From: an uncultured virus (IMG/VR IMGVR_UViG_3300045284_000273)
Taxonomy: Duplodnaviria; Heunggongvirae; Uroviricota; Caudoviricetes
Strand: one strand, 5' to 3'
Length of the DNA stretch: 64,000 nucleotides
Virus record (IMG/VR): IMGVR_UViG_3300045284_000273
The notes below the pieces were generated by a model, which saw only the letters and a list, made by a program, of their open reading frames with translations, searched no databases and was not told the DNA's origin. Made by a program: the position numbers and the translations under genes. Positions within the stretch are counted from its first letter, which is position 1, and every line of letters begins with the position of its first letter. Of the stretch, positions 51,021-61,493 are shown in pieces.

Positions 51021-51364
51021 CCCAAGACTCGGTGGCGGGGTGCGGAAGGGAAAGCCCGCCCCGCCACTGAGATACCACTCTGATACCCGACTATGAAAGG
51101 ACCACGATGGACACCATCGACAACACCACCATGCAGGCCGCTGCCGAGATTGTGCGGGTGTTCCGTTACATCAACACCCCCACCCCGATCATCCACACCG
51201 TGACAGTCACCCTCAACGGTGGACACGGTGGGGCAGACCTGATCGTCAGCACCGAGGATGAGACGCACACCTTCCAGATGCCATAAATCTTTCCCCACGA
51301 TGTAGCATTTCCCCCCACTCCCGATACACTGGTATCACACCAACCACCGAAAGGACCCCTCGCA

Positions 51365-52213
51365 ATGACCGCAATCGCACTCGCTGAGCAGCCCACCAGG
51401 GCCACCACCAGTTTCACGCTGGCCTGGGGACTGGTCAGCATCAACGTCTCAGCCTTCACCGGCACCGAGCAGACCCGCGTCGCTCGCTCCGAGTTCACCG
51501 ACGTGGACGGCACGCTCATCGCTGTCGGCCGTGCGCCGATCCGCAAGGACACCGGCGAGGTCGTGGACACAGCCGACGTGCTGCGCTACGCGCTCACCGA
51601 TCACAACGAGTGGGTGCTGCTCACCGATGACGAGATTGCCGCCTGCACCAGCCCCAAGGGCGTGGCTGAGATTGTCAGCTTCGTCCCGGCCAAGAGCGTC
51701 GGCCAGTATCTCACTGAGACGCAGTACCAGGTGCGGCCCAAGTCCAGCAAGGGCAAGGTCGAACCGGCTGCTGACCGCGCGTTCGCGCTGCTCACTCAGG
51801 CCATGAAGTCCCGCAAGGTGCTGGCACTGGTCAAGGTGGCGCTGCGAGGCCCTGCCCGCTACGCGCTGCTCGATCACGACGGCACGCTGACGATGCTCTA
51901 CACCGCCGACGCGATCCGCCAGGCCCGCCCCGGCTGCAGCGAGTACAAGTTCAGCAAGGATGAACTGGCCCTCGCTGGCAACCTGATCGACGCTGTGGGC
52001 GTTGACGCTCCGACCATCGTGGACGACACTGCGCCAGTGGTGCAGGCGTTCGTCAACTCCAAGGCCACCGGCAAGGTCGTTGCACCTGTCGAGGCTCCGC
52101 TGCCCACCATCGACCTGGCTGCCGCCCTGAACGCGTCCATCGACGCCGCCAAGGCTGCCAAGACCAAGGCCGCAGTCAAGGTTGCGAACAAGGCTCTCAA
52201 GGGCGTGGCGTGA
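51365..52213 (+). CDS. ku: Ku-like DNA end-binding protein
   Basis: TSFTLAWGLVSINV, LLTDDEI, YQVRP, AFALLTQAM, ELALAGNLID, IDLAAALNASI match the prokaryotic Ku pattern. Confidence 0.8.
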   Translation: MTAIALAEQPTRATTSFTLAWGLVSINVSAFTGTEQTRVARSEFTDVDGTLIAVGRAPIRKDTGEVVDTADVLRYALTDHNEWVLLTDDEIAACTSPKGVAEIVSFVPAKSVGQYLTETQYQVRPKSSKGKVEPAADRAFALLTQAMKSRKVLALVKVALRGPARYALLDHDGTLTMLYTADAIRQARPGCSEYKFSKDELALAGNLIDAVGVDAPTIVDDTAPVVQAFVNSKATGKVVAPVEAPLPTIDLAAALNASIDAAKAAKTKAAVKVANKALKGVA

Positions 52214-52427
52214 TGAACAGCGACGAGCTTCGCAATGTGATACCGATCGGTGGCCTGAATCCCAGGCCGGTAGCCGACAGGACGCTCTCGATCACACTCA
52301 CCGTGGAGATTGAGGTCGGCCACGATGAGTCGCCTGAGGTCATCGACCTGCGTATCTCCGATGCGGTCAAGGCCATTGAGAAGGCCCTCCCCGGCTTCAC
52401 CGTCGAGTGTGAGGATTGGGACGTGTC

Positions 52428-52712
52428 ATGACCTACGACACCAACAGATTCGCCTACGAGCAGGACCAGGACGTGTGGCTCAATTGGGAGGTCAACGGCC
52501 GCAAGTACAACAGCGACGCGATCATTCTCGATACCGCTGGGCCGGACGATGAAGGCAACATGATGGTCCTGGTGGTCGAAGAGGATGCAGATCATCTCGA
52601 TACGCCGTTCGTGATCTTCCACGTCAGTCTTGACGCGCTGGACGTGCGCCATGAGATTCAGCGCATGGAGACGTTCCGAGACGCTTTCATTGTTTGGTCG
52701 GCGTGGGCATGA
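52428..52712 (+). CDS. Hypothetical protein
   Basis: Small coupled ORF. Confidence 0.5.
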   Translation: MTYDTNRFAYEQDQDVWLNWEVNGRKYNSDAIILDTAGPDDEGNMMVLVVEEDADHLDTPFVIFHVSLDALDVRHEIQRMETFRDAFIVWSAWA

Positions 52713-53787
52713 GCGCTTCCGATACCCTGGTATCTCACGTTCAATGCGCCGCATGCGGCCGTGTGTGCCCTCCTGGTGGCCTGCAGGACAATCACGATGG
52801 GTCACTGCTGGTCTGTCGCCAGGTGACCACCTGCGCCCTCCTGTGCGATTGTGTGGAGTGCTTCGCCAACTGGCCAGCCACCACTGCCGCTCATGAGGTT
52901 GGGATCAACAGCCTTGTCGGTACACTGGTATCACAATGAGCGGCACACAGAATCCCAAGGACCTACTCGATGAGCAGGTCACCGCATACCACCAGTGGCT
53001 CAATGGCAGCCCCAAACGCAGGATGCCGTTCAGCAAGTGGCTGGTCTACCAAGCCGACAACTATCTCAGCTACGACGCCAAGCGCCTCAAGCGAGCGATT
53101 CGCCTGATGGGCAAGGACGCGCTGTGAACCGGAGACATACTGTGACATTCACCTACGCAGAGGTCGAGCAATCACTGCGAGCAACACACCGCGGCGAGTT
53201 CTCCACTTCCCCGACGATCGGCAAGCCAGTCATCACCATCGTGGACGGCGAGCAGATCGAAATCACCTACCAATCACAACAGCGACCAATGGACGGACAA
53301 TGAGCACCAACCTGCAACCCAAGTTTGAACCGATCACCGACACCAACCTGACCGAGGCGTTGAGCGAGATGCTTGACGACCATCACACGACAGGCGTGTC
53401 CTTCGTCCGTGACGATGGGGGCGAGTGGTGGGCACGCACCAACGTGCAAGGCCCTGGCTTCACCGAGGCCCGTTGGTGGCGCATCAACGGCATGCTGGTG
53501 CCTGCCACGCTTGACGGGCTGATCAGCGGAGCGCAGAAGGCCCTGCTATGACCACTGCAGCAGAGCAACGGGATATGGAGCGCAAGCGCGCCGACTACTA
53601 CGAGGCCGCACGCCAATCGTTGGAGCGCCCCGGCAAGCCCCCGTTGGGGCAACGTGCCCGAGAGTTCGGTGAAGCACTCGGCATCGGCTACACGCTGCGC
53701 GGTATGCTGAGGCGCTTCTTCTAACCAACCATCGCGCACGGCCCTCGTGGTTGGGGTCACCGTGCGACGAATCCCGCAGGTCGGGAT

Positions 53788-53841
53788 GAAAGACCCGGCA
53801 CCGTGTTCTTCCAGGGGTGGAAGGCGGTGGCCGGGTCTTTC
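53788..53841. terminator. Hairpin (likely terminator)
   Basis: AAAGACCCGGC...GCCGGGTCTTT. Confidence 0.55.
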
Positions 53842-54844
53842 GCATACCCCGGTATGGCCAGAACTTGCGACAGCCGCGACATCGAGCCGGACCCCTTGGG
53901 ACGTAACCGAACATACGTTCTTGTGACACCACGTCAACAATCTAGATTGTAAATGTTGGAAGTGGGGGAGTGTGGGTGTACGCTGGTATCACAACTACTA
54001 CCCCTGAAGGGACAGCATGCTCCTGTGGATTTATCTCATCCGTCGTTGGCGGGAACGTCAGCGGAATCGCTACCAGCCCTACGGGTGGACCAACGTGCCC
54101 AAGAAGGGCAAGCGGTCATGAGCGCCAACAACGTCCCCCAGGTCGAAGCAGCCACCGCCTTGGAAGCATTCCAGATCATCACCGCGATGCGGCCCGATCG
54201 GCACTCCGAGACGGATGGGCGGATGATGGACCGCGACGAGTTGCTTGGAACAATGGCCAAGCAACAGCGCAAGCCTTGGAACAAGGCGTCATGAATCAGA
54301 TCAGACTGCCGAAGTCCGGTTGCATCTTCATGTGCGGCGACCCCGAGTTCATCGAGGCCGTGCGCGTCGCCTTGGAACACCCTCAAGGCTTGGAACACAC
54401 ACCGGCCTTGGAACAAGATCATCAAGAGCAACCAACGCTCTTGTCGGTCGTGAGACGGGCCTAGCCCTGATCCTTTGGGGAGAAGAGCAGCCTGGCGTGT
54501 GAAGCACACGCTCAACATCGAGAACCGCGGGTGTAGCCACCCTACGTCGTCTCGGAAGGCCGCTCGGCCCGTCTCACGCAAGCCTGTAGCAGCACGCCAC
54601 CCCCACAGGCGTGCTGCTACAGTCGCGTCTCAGCAGACGAATGCGTGCCAGGACCATTCCCGCCGCCTGGCAGCGGCAACGCTGCGAATCAGAGCGTCCT
54701 GGTGGTTCCGCCGCCGCCAGGGCGCTCGCCGCGCCCCGCCGCGCGGTGGGGCTGGCCTGGTGGTATCACAACGTGACGACCGTCACAATAATCCGATGCC
54801 ACTTGGCGTTGTGATACCACGGTATGGCCTGTACCGTTGCTGCC

Positions 54845-55165
54845 ATGACAACCACACACCCCACCGTCAAGGTCGGCGCGATCACGGTCGCCGCCAACGA
54901 TCACACCAGGCACCTGAACGTCATCGAGACGCCGCAGGAATTGCAGCCCACCGAGGGCATCGGCATGTTCGTGCTGCAGAGCTACAACGGCTATCGCTCG
55001 TTCGGCCTGCTCACCGGCCGCACCACCCAGCGCTGGGGCATGGTCGTCCCGACCATCGAGCGCTACCACGTTGACACCGTTGTCATCGACGGCGCGATCT
55101 GGGGCGTCCCCGGCAAGCGCATCGCTGGCACGTACGTCACCAGGCCCGAGAACATTTCTCAGTGA
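54845..55165 (+). CDS. Hypothetical early-type protein
   Basis: Downstream of a GATACC operator-like site. Confidence 0.55.
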   Translation: MTTTHPTVKVGAITVAANDHTRHLNVIETPQELQPTEGIGMFVLQSYNGYRSFGLLTGRTTQRWGMVVPTIERYHVDTVVIDGAIWGVPGKRIAGTYVTRPENISQ

Positions 55166-55233
55166 CCACGTTGTGATACCACGGTGCACCCTGTACCGTG
55201 GTATCACACAACCACTACCCCGAAAGGCACCAC

Positions 55234-55573
55234 CGTGCACCCAGCAGATCACCCCGTATTCGCCAACATGCCCGAGACGCAGGCCGCACTGCGAGCCACC
55301 GTCGAGGTCGAGACCAGGCGGTTCACCATGGACGAGCACAACCTGCCGCCGTTCGTGGTCACCAGCGTCGAGGCCCCGCGCATGACGTTCAGCCGGTTCG
55401 TCAACGAGGACGACTCGCGCAAGCCGCACTCCGTGCTCAACATGCACGGCGTCACCGCCGTGTGCTACGACGAGGCCTTCCAGACGATCCTGGTCAGCAT
55501 CGAGAACGGCGAGTCGATCCGGATCAACATCCACGCCGCCGAGGGCGGCATGCGCATCGCACCGCTGGTGTGA
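55234..55573 (+). CDS. Hypothetical early-type protein
   Basis: CCGAAAGG leader. Confidence 0.55.
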
Positions 55574-55662
55574 CGAGCGCCACACCGAGCCACGTTGTGA
55601 TACCAGGGTATTCCGATACCCTGGTATCACACCACCAACCACTCCGAAAGGACACCCCTGAT

Positions 55663-55926
55663 ATGACCAGCAAGACCTACACACTCCCCAGCGGCGACAA
55701 GATTCGCCCGCAATCGCAGCGGCGATTCATCCTGGTGCATGAGAGCACCAAGGGCGCATTCATCGGCTATCGCAGCGACGTGCTCGATCGGGTCAAGGTC
55801 CACGGCAACTCGCGCGACATCATCATCGACCAGGTGACCGGCCTGATTCGCTTCGTGGCCCACCAGGGCGGCGACGCGGCCCGCTGGGTGACCCAGGATG
55901 AGGTCAAGGCCATGGTGACTCGATGA
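55663..55926 (+). CDS. Hypothetical early-type protein
   Basis: CCGAAAGGA leader. Confidence 0.55.
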   Translation: MTSKTYTLPSGDKIRPQSQRRFILVHESTKGAFIGYRSDVLDRVKVHGNSRDIIIDQVTGLIRFVAHQGGDAARWVTQDEVKAMVTR

Positions 55927-56516
55927 GCGCCCTGATCACCAGCATCACCGCGTGGCGCAAGGCGTTGCGCCAGGGTGACACGCTCCGCGTCGTCAACCAC
56001 GATGCACCGCAGTGCAACGGCATCCGCCCGGTGCTGCGCGTGCAGGGCAACGCCTTCACCACGCTGTTCGTCCGCAGTGACGGCGAAGAGGTCGAGACGT
56101 GGAGTTACTATCTCCCGGCCAAGCAGATGCGCCTGTCGCCTGACGGCCGCACGCTGACCAAGCTGGATGAGGCCGGTAACGAGTCGATCAGCTACACCGT
56201 GCTTGAGGGCACGGCTGCTGACCCCTTCGACCACCTGCTCGACACGTTTGAGCAGGACCTGGCCGATGCGATCACGCCGCCGTTCAACGTTGACTGGCGC
56301 GACGCCAGCACCGTGACCTACTCGGCCGAGGCCGTCGTGATCAACGATCACGTTGTCACCGTGTGCCTGGATGACGAGGGTCCGTTGACCCCGGCGTTCT
56401 ACTGGGACATTCGTGCGGTCGCTGACGACAGCGATGCCGTCGCCTGCGACTGGGCACCGTCCGTCGCGCAGGCCAAGGACGATGCCGTCATGGCAGCGAT
56501 GAGGTTGCCGCTGTGA
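55923..56516 (+). CDS. Hypothetical protein
   Basis: ATGA coupling. Confidence 0.55.
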   Translation: MSALITSITAWRKALRQGDTLRVVNHDAPQCNGIRPVLRVQGNAFTTLFVRSDGEEVETWSYYLPAKQMRLSPDGRTLTKLDEAGNESISYTVLEGTAADPFDHLLDTFEQDLADAITPPFNVDWRDASTVTYSAEAVVINDHVVTVCLDDEGPLTPAFYWDIRAVADDSDAVACDWAPSVAQAKDDAVMAAMRLPL

Positions 56517-56812
56517 ACGCCGCAGACGCCATTCGACTGGCCACGATCCTCGATCGCGTGAACGACCTGAGCACTGCGATCGGCACGCCGCTTGAGGCCG
56601 AGGTCGGCAAGCGCTATATCCGCCTGGTCATCGACTGGGGCGGGCAGCGTTCAGTCCACGCCTTCGTGGACATCATCACCGGCGACCTGTTGAAGGCCGC
56701 AGGGTGGAAGGCACCGGCCAAGGGTGCTCGCGGCAACGTGCTCGATGACGAGTCGTTCGCCCGCACGCTCAAGGTGGCCGACAAGTACGGGTCCTACCTG
56801 TACCTGCGATGA
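56513..56812 (+). CDS. Conserved small phage protein
   Basis: GKRYIRLV...SVHAFVD..TGDLLKAAGWKAPAKGARGN. Confidence 0.65.
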   Translation: MNAADAIRLATILDRVNDLSTAIGTPLEAEVGKRYIRLVIDWGGQRSVHAFVDIITGDLLKAAGWKAPAKGARGNVLDDESFARTLKVADKYGSYLYLR

Positions 56813-56851
56813 GGTTGTGATACCAGGGTATCCCCGATACCCTGGTATCTC

Positions 56852-57247
56852 ATGAACACCCCAACCACCACCACCCGAATCAATGACCTGATCGCCTCAC
56901 TGGCGACGATCAAGATGGACCGCATCGACAGCAATTACGCCTTCGCCCCGGCCAAGGCCGCTGAGTACGCCGACGATGCCGAGTACTACATGGACAAGGC
57001 CGTGCGCGCCTTCCACCGTGGCCGCAATCGCATGGCCCACCACTGGCTGGTCCGCACCATCGAGATGATGTTCCCCGAGGGCGCTGAGGTCCCCCACACC
57101 TTCCGGCTCATGCTCGACATCATCCGCGACGGCCTGGACGACGGAGTTAACCGGCCCTGCCCGTACTACGGTCGGTACCGGCTCGGCCGTGTACACCCGG
57201 CACCCAGGGCGCACGGGTCGAGCCACTGTGATACCACGATGCCCTGA
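56852..57247 (+). CDS. Hypothetical protein
   Basis: Starts right after a double GATACC site. Confidence 0.5.
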   Translation: MNTPTTTTRINDLIASLATIKMDRIDSNYAFAPAKAAEYADDAEYYMDKAVRAFHRGRNRMAHHWLVRTIEMMFPEGAEVPHTFRLMLDIIRDGLDDGVNRPCPYYGRYRLGRVHPAPRAHGSSHCDTTMP

Positions 57248-57521
57248 GACGGCCCTGTGTGGCGTTCTCAGCGCCTCTACCCCGTTTCTGGCCCTGTGAT
57301 ACCAACCGAGGCGCTAGAGGCCGTTAGACGGCAACGGTGGTATCTCAGCCATAGCCTCTGACCAGGCTTTACGTCGGTACAGATCATATAACAACCGGGT
57401 TTCCGCGTTTGCCCTGGTCACCAGCCATATTTCGAGATTGCGTTGTGATACCGTGGTATGGCAGTACACTGATCACCACAACCACCCACCCCGCCCCGAG
57501 GCGGAGAAACGAGATACCGCA

Positions 57522-58574
57522 ATGAACACCCCTGGCCTTACCCGATTCAGCCGAGTGATCAGCACCAAGCGTGCTGGCAAGTGCCACTTCTGCGCCAATC
57601 CCACACGGCCCGGATTCGACTACGCCGCTGTCAACGGACACGGCGAGTGGATCGCCGTCTGCCACCCCTGCGCCGGTTCGATCACCGCTCAGGTGCAGGG
57701 CATGACCCGACGCCTGCAAGAGGCTGCCAAGGCCGTCACGCTCGATGCCCAGGGCGAGGCCATGCTGCGCTCGATGCTCCCGGCCACCGAGGCCCACGCT
57801 GCAGCGCTCAGCGGTACCGCTGACGAGTCGCTGGCCTTCGACGTGCTGATCAAGTTGCTCGCCTCGATCACGTTCCTGGCCGATGCGACCAAGCCGCAGG
57901 CCGACACCACGCTGCTGGCAGGCCTGCAGGCCGTGGCCAACAACGCCACGGCCACCCCTCGCGACCGCTCGTTCGCCATGGACCTGGTGAACCACCTGCA
58001 GCGCAAGGGTGCGCTCAGCGAGCGCCAGGCTCCCTACGCCGACAAGCTCATCGCCCGCTACACCAAGAGCGGCAACGCGATCGCCAGCGTGCCGGTGACG
58101 CCGCTCGACAACGGCCTGTATCTCACGGTCGCTACCGGCGAGATTCACAAGCTCTACACCACCCAGAACGACCGCCAGGCTGCCAAGGTCCTCACCGTGA
58201 TCGGTGGCCACGGCTCGTTCGATTACGTCAAGGGCGGAACGCGTGAGGTCGCTCAGCGTGTCGCCAAGGGCGAGGCCCGCGTGCTCACCCAGGACGAGGC
58301 CGCTGCGTTCGGCCGTCAGCACGGCTTCTGCTGCAACTGCTGTCGGGACCTGACCGATGACCGCTCGCTGGCCGCAGGCTACGGCCCGGTGTGCGCCGAC
58401 AACCTGGGCTGGTGGTACCCCACGGCCGACGAGGCCGCTGCGATCCTGCAGCGGCCCACCACGGTCGCCTCCGACGCCTGTGAGGGCGGCGAGTGCGGCC
58501 CGGTCGGTACGTGGTCCTGCTCCAAGCACGGCGCTGAGTACCAGGCCCGCCACGGCCGCGCCGCCAACGAGTGA
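57522..58574 (+). CDS. Zinc-binding protein with a C-terminal DUF6011-like motif
   Basis: CHFC, CHPC; FG...FCCNCCRDLTDDRSLAAGYGPVCA. Confidence 0.7.
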   Translation: MNTPGLTRFSRVISTKRAGKCHFCANPTRPGFDYAAVNGHGEWIAVCHPCAGSITAQVQGMTRRLQEAAKAVTLDAQGEAMLRSMLPATEAHAAALSGTADESLAFDVLIKLLASITFLADATKPQADTTLLAGLQAVANNATATPRDRSFAMDLVNHLQRKGALSERQAPYADKLIARYTKSGNAIASVPVTPLDNGLYLTVATGEIHKLYTTQNDRQAAKVLTVIGGHGSFDYVKGGTREVAQRVAKGEARVLTQDEAAAFGRQHGFCCNCCRDLTDDRSLAAGYGPVCADNLGWWYPTADEAAAILQRPTTVASDACEGGECGPVGTWSCSKHGAEYQARHGRAANE

Positions 58575-58725
58575 GCCACCGATACCGTGGTATCACTTCG
58601 TGTGACCAACGTCACAATAAAGTGATACCACTGGTGGCCCACCAGGTTGCCCCACCCACCCCCACCCCGATACCCTGATCACTCACCAACCACCCGCCCA
58701 CGACGGCGAGAAAGAGACACCCCTG

Positions 58726-60423
58726 ATGGACCTGTTCAACAACGAGATTCTGAGCGCCGCTGCCAGCGCCGCACCTGCGCCGATCGCTCGCCTGGCGACG
58801 ATGGGCGACGACGCCTGGCTGAGCGCCAGCAAGGCCCTTGAGGCCGAGGCCAACGTGGTCGGCATGGCCCGCCCGTTCTACCCCTGGCAGGCCGCTGCCT
58901 ACCTGTACGCCAACGACTCGATCGCCCGCTGGGGCGGCGCGCTGCTGGGCGACGACATGGGGCTGGGCAAGACTCAGGTCCTGTTCGCCCTGATCGCTGA
59001 CGCACTGCGCAATCGCCCGCAGGGCGGCTATGCGATCGTGGTCGCTCCCACCGTGGTCGAGGCCGGTTACCGCCAGGACCTGGCTGCCGCCTTCCCCGGC
59101 CTGTCGCTGCACGTCGTCAAGGGGCGCAAGCCTGGCACGCTGCCCACCGCCGATATCTACCTGATCAGCGATGACTCGCTGACGATGAAGGCGTGGATGA
59201 CCACCGAGTACACCGACCAGCGCGACCGCAAGCACCTGCAGGCCACGCCGTGGGTGACCAACGCCGCCGCCGTGGTCCGCGACGAGATTCACCGCGACAA
59301 GGGCAACCAGGCCAAGCCCACCGGCCGCGCCAAGGTCATGCTGGCCGTAGGCCAGGCCCTGCGCAACATCGGCACGCCGCTGGTCGCTGCCACTGGCACG
59401 CTGCTGACCAATCGCCCCGTTGAGGCCTTCCTGCCGCTGCAGATCATCGGCGGCGACACGCTGCTGACCACGCTGACGCCTGGCGGCTCGACTGCTCGAT
59501 CCTTCCTGTGGCGCTACTGCGCACCGAAGCAGATCATCGTCCAGGGTGGCCGCAAGGCCACGGTCTACGGCGTGGACACCGCCGAGTGCGAGCGCCTGCA
59601 CGAATACCTGCGCCGGACGATCTACTGCCGCCGCGAGAAGAGCGACCTGCCCGGTGACGTGCTCCCGCACTCCGGCTGGATCGTCACCCCGCTGGCACTC
59701 CCGGCCGACGTGATGACGCGCTACAAGCGGGTCGAGAAGGACCTCTACAACCTGATTCTTGAAGAGCAGGGCATCGAGGCCGCATGGCGCGCCGAGAAGA
59801 ACGCCACGCTGCGCCAGATCGGCATGCTGTGGCAAGAGGCCGGTGCGGCCAAGACTCAGGCCGCGGTCGATTACGTCTCCACGCTCGTTGAGGGCGGCGA
59901 CCAGGCCGTGGTGTTCTACCAGCACAACGACACCCACCTGGCCCTGGCCAAGGCCTTCGCCAACGCTGGCATCGCCACGCTGACGATCAACGGCAAGGTG
60001 ACCGGCGATGCCCGTGTCGATGTGGTCAACGACTTCCAGGCCGGTGACGTGCCGGTGGTCCTGTGCAACATCAAGGCCGCTGGCATGGGCGTCACGCTGA
60101 CCGCCGCCTGCCACGCCGTGTTCGTCCAGGTGCCGTGGTCGGCAGGCGACCTCAAGCAGGCCGCTGACCGCATCCTGCGCGTCGATGCGATCACCCGCGA
60201 CCGTGCGGCCGGTGGCGGCAAGGTGACGTGGCACGTCCTGCAGTCCTGCTACGACAACGGCGACCCGACGTTCGATGCCGCCATGTGGTCGGTCCTTGAG
60301 AACAAGGCCAAGGTGTGCGATGCCGTCAACGCCGGTCGGATGATCACCATGCCGGAAGAGTCGGTCATGTACGAAGCGCTCAAGGCCTGGCAGCCCAGCG
60401 CCAAGCGTCACGGCGGCTGGTGA
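58726..60423 (+). CDS. Second SNF2-family helicase
   Basis: YPWQ, GDDMGLGKT, DEIH, TGTLLTNRPVE, GMGVTLT, QAADRILR. Confidence 0.88.
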   Translation: MDLFNNEILSAAASAAPAPIARLATMGDDAWLSASKALEAEANVVGMARPFYPWQAAAYLYANDSIARWGGALLGDDMGLGKTQVLFALIADALRNRPQGGYAIVVAPTVVEAGYRQDLAAAFPGLSLHVVKGRKPGTLPTADIYLISDDSLTMKAWMTTEYTDQRDRKHLQATPWVTNAAAVVRDEIHRDKGNQAKPTGRAKVMLAVGQALRNIGTPLVAATGTLLTNRPVEAFLPLQIIGGDTLLTTLTPGGSTARSFLWRYCAPKQIIVQGGRKATVYGVDTAECERLHEYLRRTIYCRREKSDLPGDVLPHSGWIVTPLALPADVMTRYKRVEKDLYNLILEEQGIEAAWRAEKNATLRQIGMLWQEAGAAKTQAAVDYVSTLVEGGDQAVVFYQHNDTHLALAKAFANAGIATLTINGKVTGDARVDVVNDFQAGDVPVVLCNIKAAGMGVTLTAACHAVFVQVPWSAGDLKQAADRILRVDAITRDRAAGGGKVTWHVLQSCYDNGDPTFDAAMWSVLENKAKVCDAVNAGRMITMPEESVMYEALKAWQPSAKRHGGW

Positions 60424-60459
60424 TCCCCCGCTAACCTCCCACCTGCTGGCAAGCCGTAG

Positions 60460-60489
60460 ACACCCCTGGTCCCACGACCAGGGGTGTTT
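60460..60489 (+). terminator. Intrinsic terminator
   Basis: ACACCCCTGGTC-ccac-GACCAGGGGTGT followed by TT. Confidence 0.65.
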
Positions 60490-60903
60490 GCGTTGTACGG
60501 GCCATGCGCTCCTAATGCCCGCAAACTGCCCTGTGTGCTGTTCTGAGCGCCTAGTTGCTAGCAACATGAACCACGCATCATAACGGCACCTGAGGCGCTC
60601 ACAGAGCCACACAGGCCAGTATCACAACATCGCCGCTGATCAGGCCCTACGCCATACCCTGCTATCGGCAGCAACACTGCACGCGCCCACTCAGCGCTCC
60701 CTGCGCCACGTACCAGCCCCTCATCCACCCCGGCCTCCGAGGTGCACCCAAACGGCGCTCATGACAATGGACCCCATCCCCTCCAACACAATGGAGACTG
60801 CATGCATCGAGACTATGGCGTTGCCAACTCTAGTTACTAACGCATGCACCACACCCCCTCCAACACTACTGACGCGAACGCCTCGCTGCACAGCAGCGAG
60901 ACT

Positions 60904-61140
60904 ATGGCTGTCGTGTCTCCTGCCCATAGCAGACTATGGGCAGCCATGCGTAGCGCATTTGCGCTACGCATTTAGCAACTCAACACGCTAATGGCGTGTT
61001 GTGTTACCACGATTAGCAACTAGTTGCGCAGCACTAGTTGCTAATTGCGAAACTATGGGGCGCTCACGAAGCGCCCCATAGCAGACTATGAATGGCCGGG
61101 CGCACCGGCCATTATGATACTAACGCCCCCTGCGGGGGCG
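60904..61140. repeat. Cluster of seven perfect inverted repeats
   Basis: Stems at 60920-60943, 60946-60971, 60981-61001, 61012-61045, 61053-61081, 61091-61113, 61124-61140. Confidence 0.8.
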
Positions 61141-61493
61141 TAGCACGCGCGAGTGGTCCAGCGTTCAACAAGAGTCGGGCAGTAGTGCAGGAACCAACGA
61201 TTAGCAACTCTGGTATCTCAACTTCCAGTAGTGCTCCAGGGGTGAGTAGTGCCTTCAACCGACAAGAGCGGCCTGTGGGTTACGGTTGGCGGAATGAGCG
61301 CAGAGTGTCCCAAGTTGCGGTTGCACACCAAGTGTCCCTCCGGCTATCTGGCTTGGCATCAGTGGGCCGGGAAGAAGAGCAGACGGCACTATCAGACGAG
61401 GTGCCCAGGGTGCGGGCTGTGGGTGGTCTGGAAGCGCAAGCCGAAAGAGGTGGGCGATGATGAGGTGGTCGTGGTCTGGCGTTAGCAACTCGG

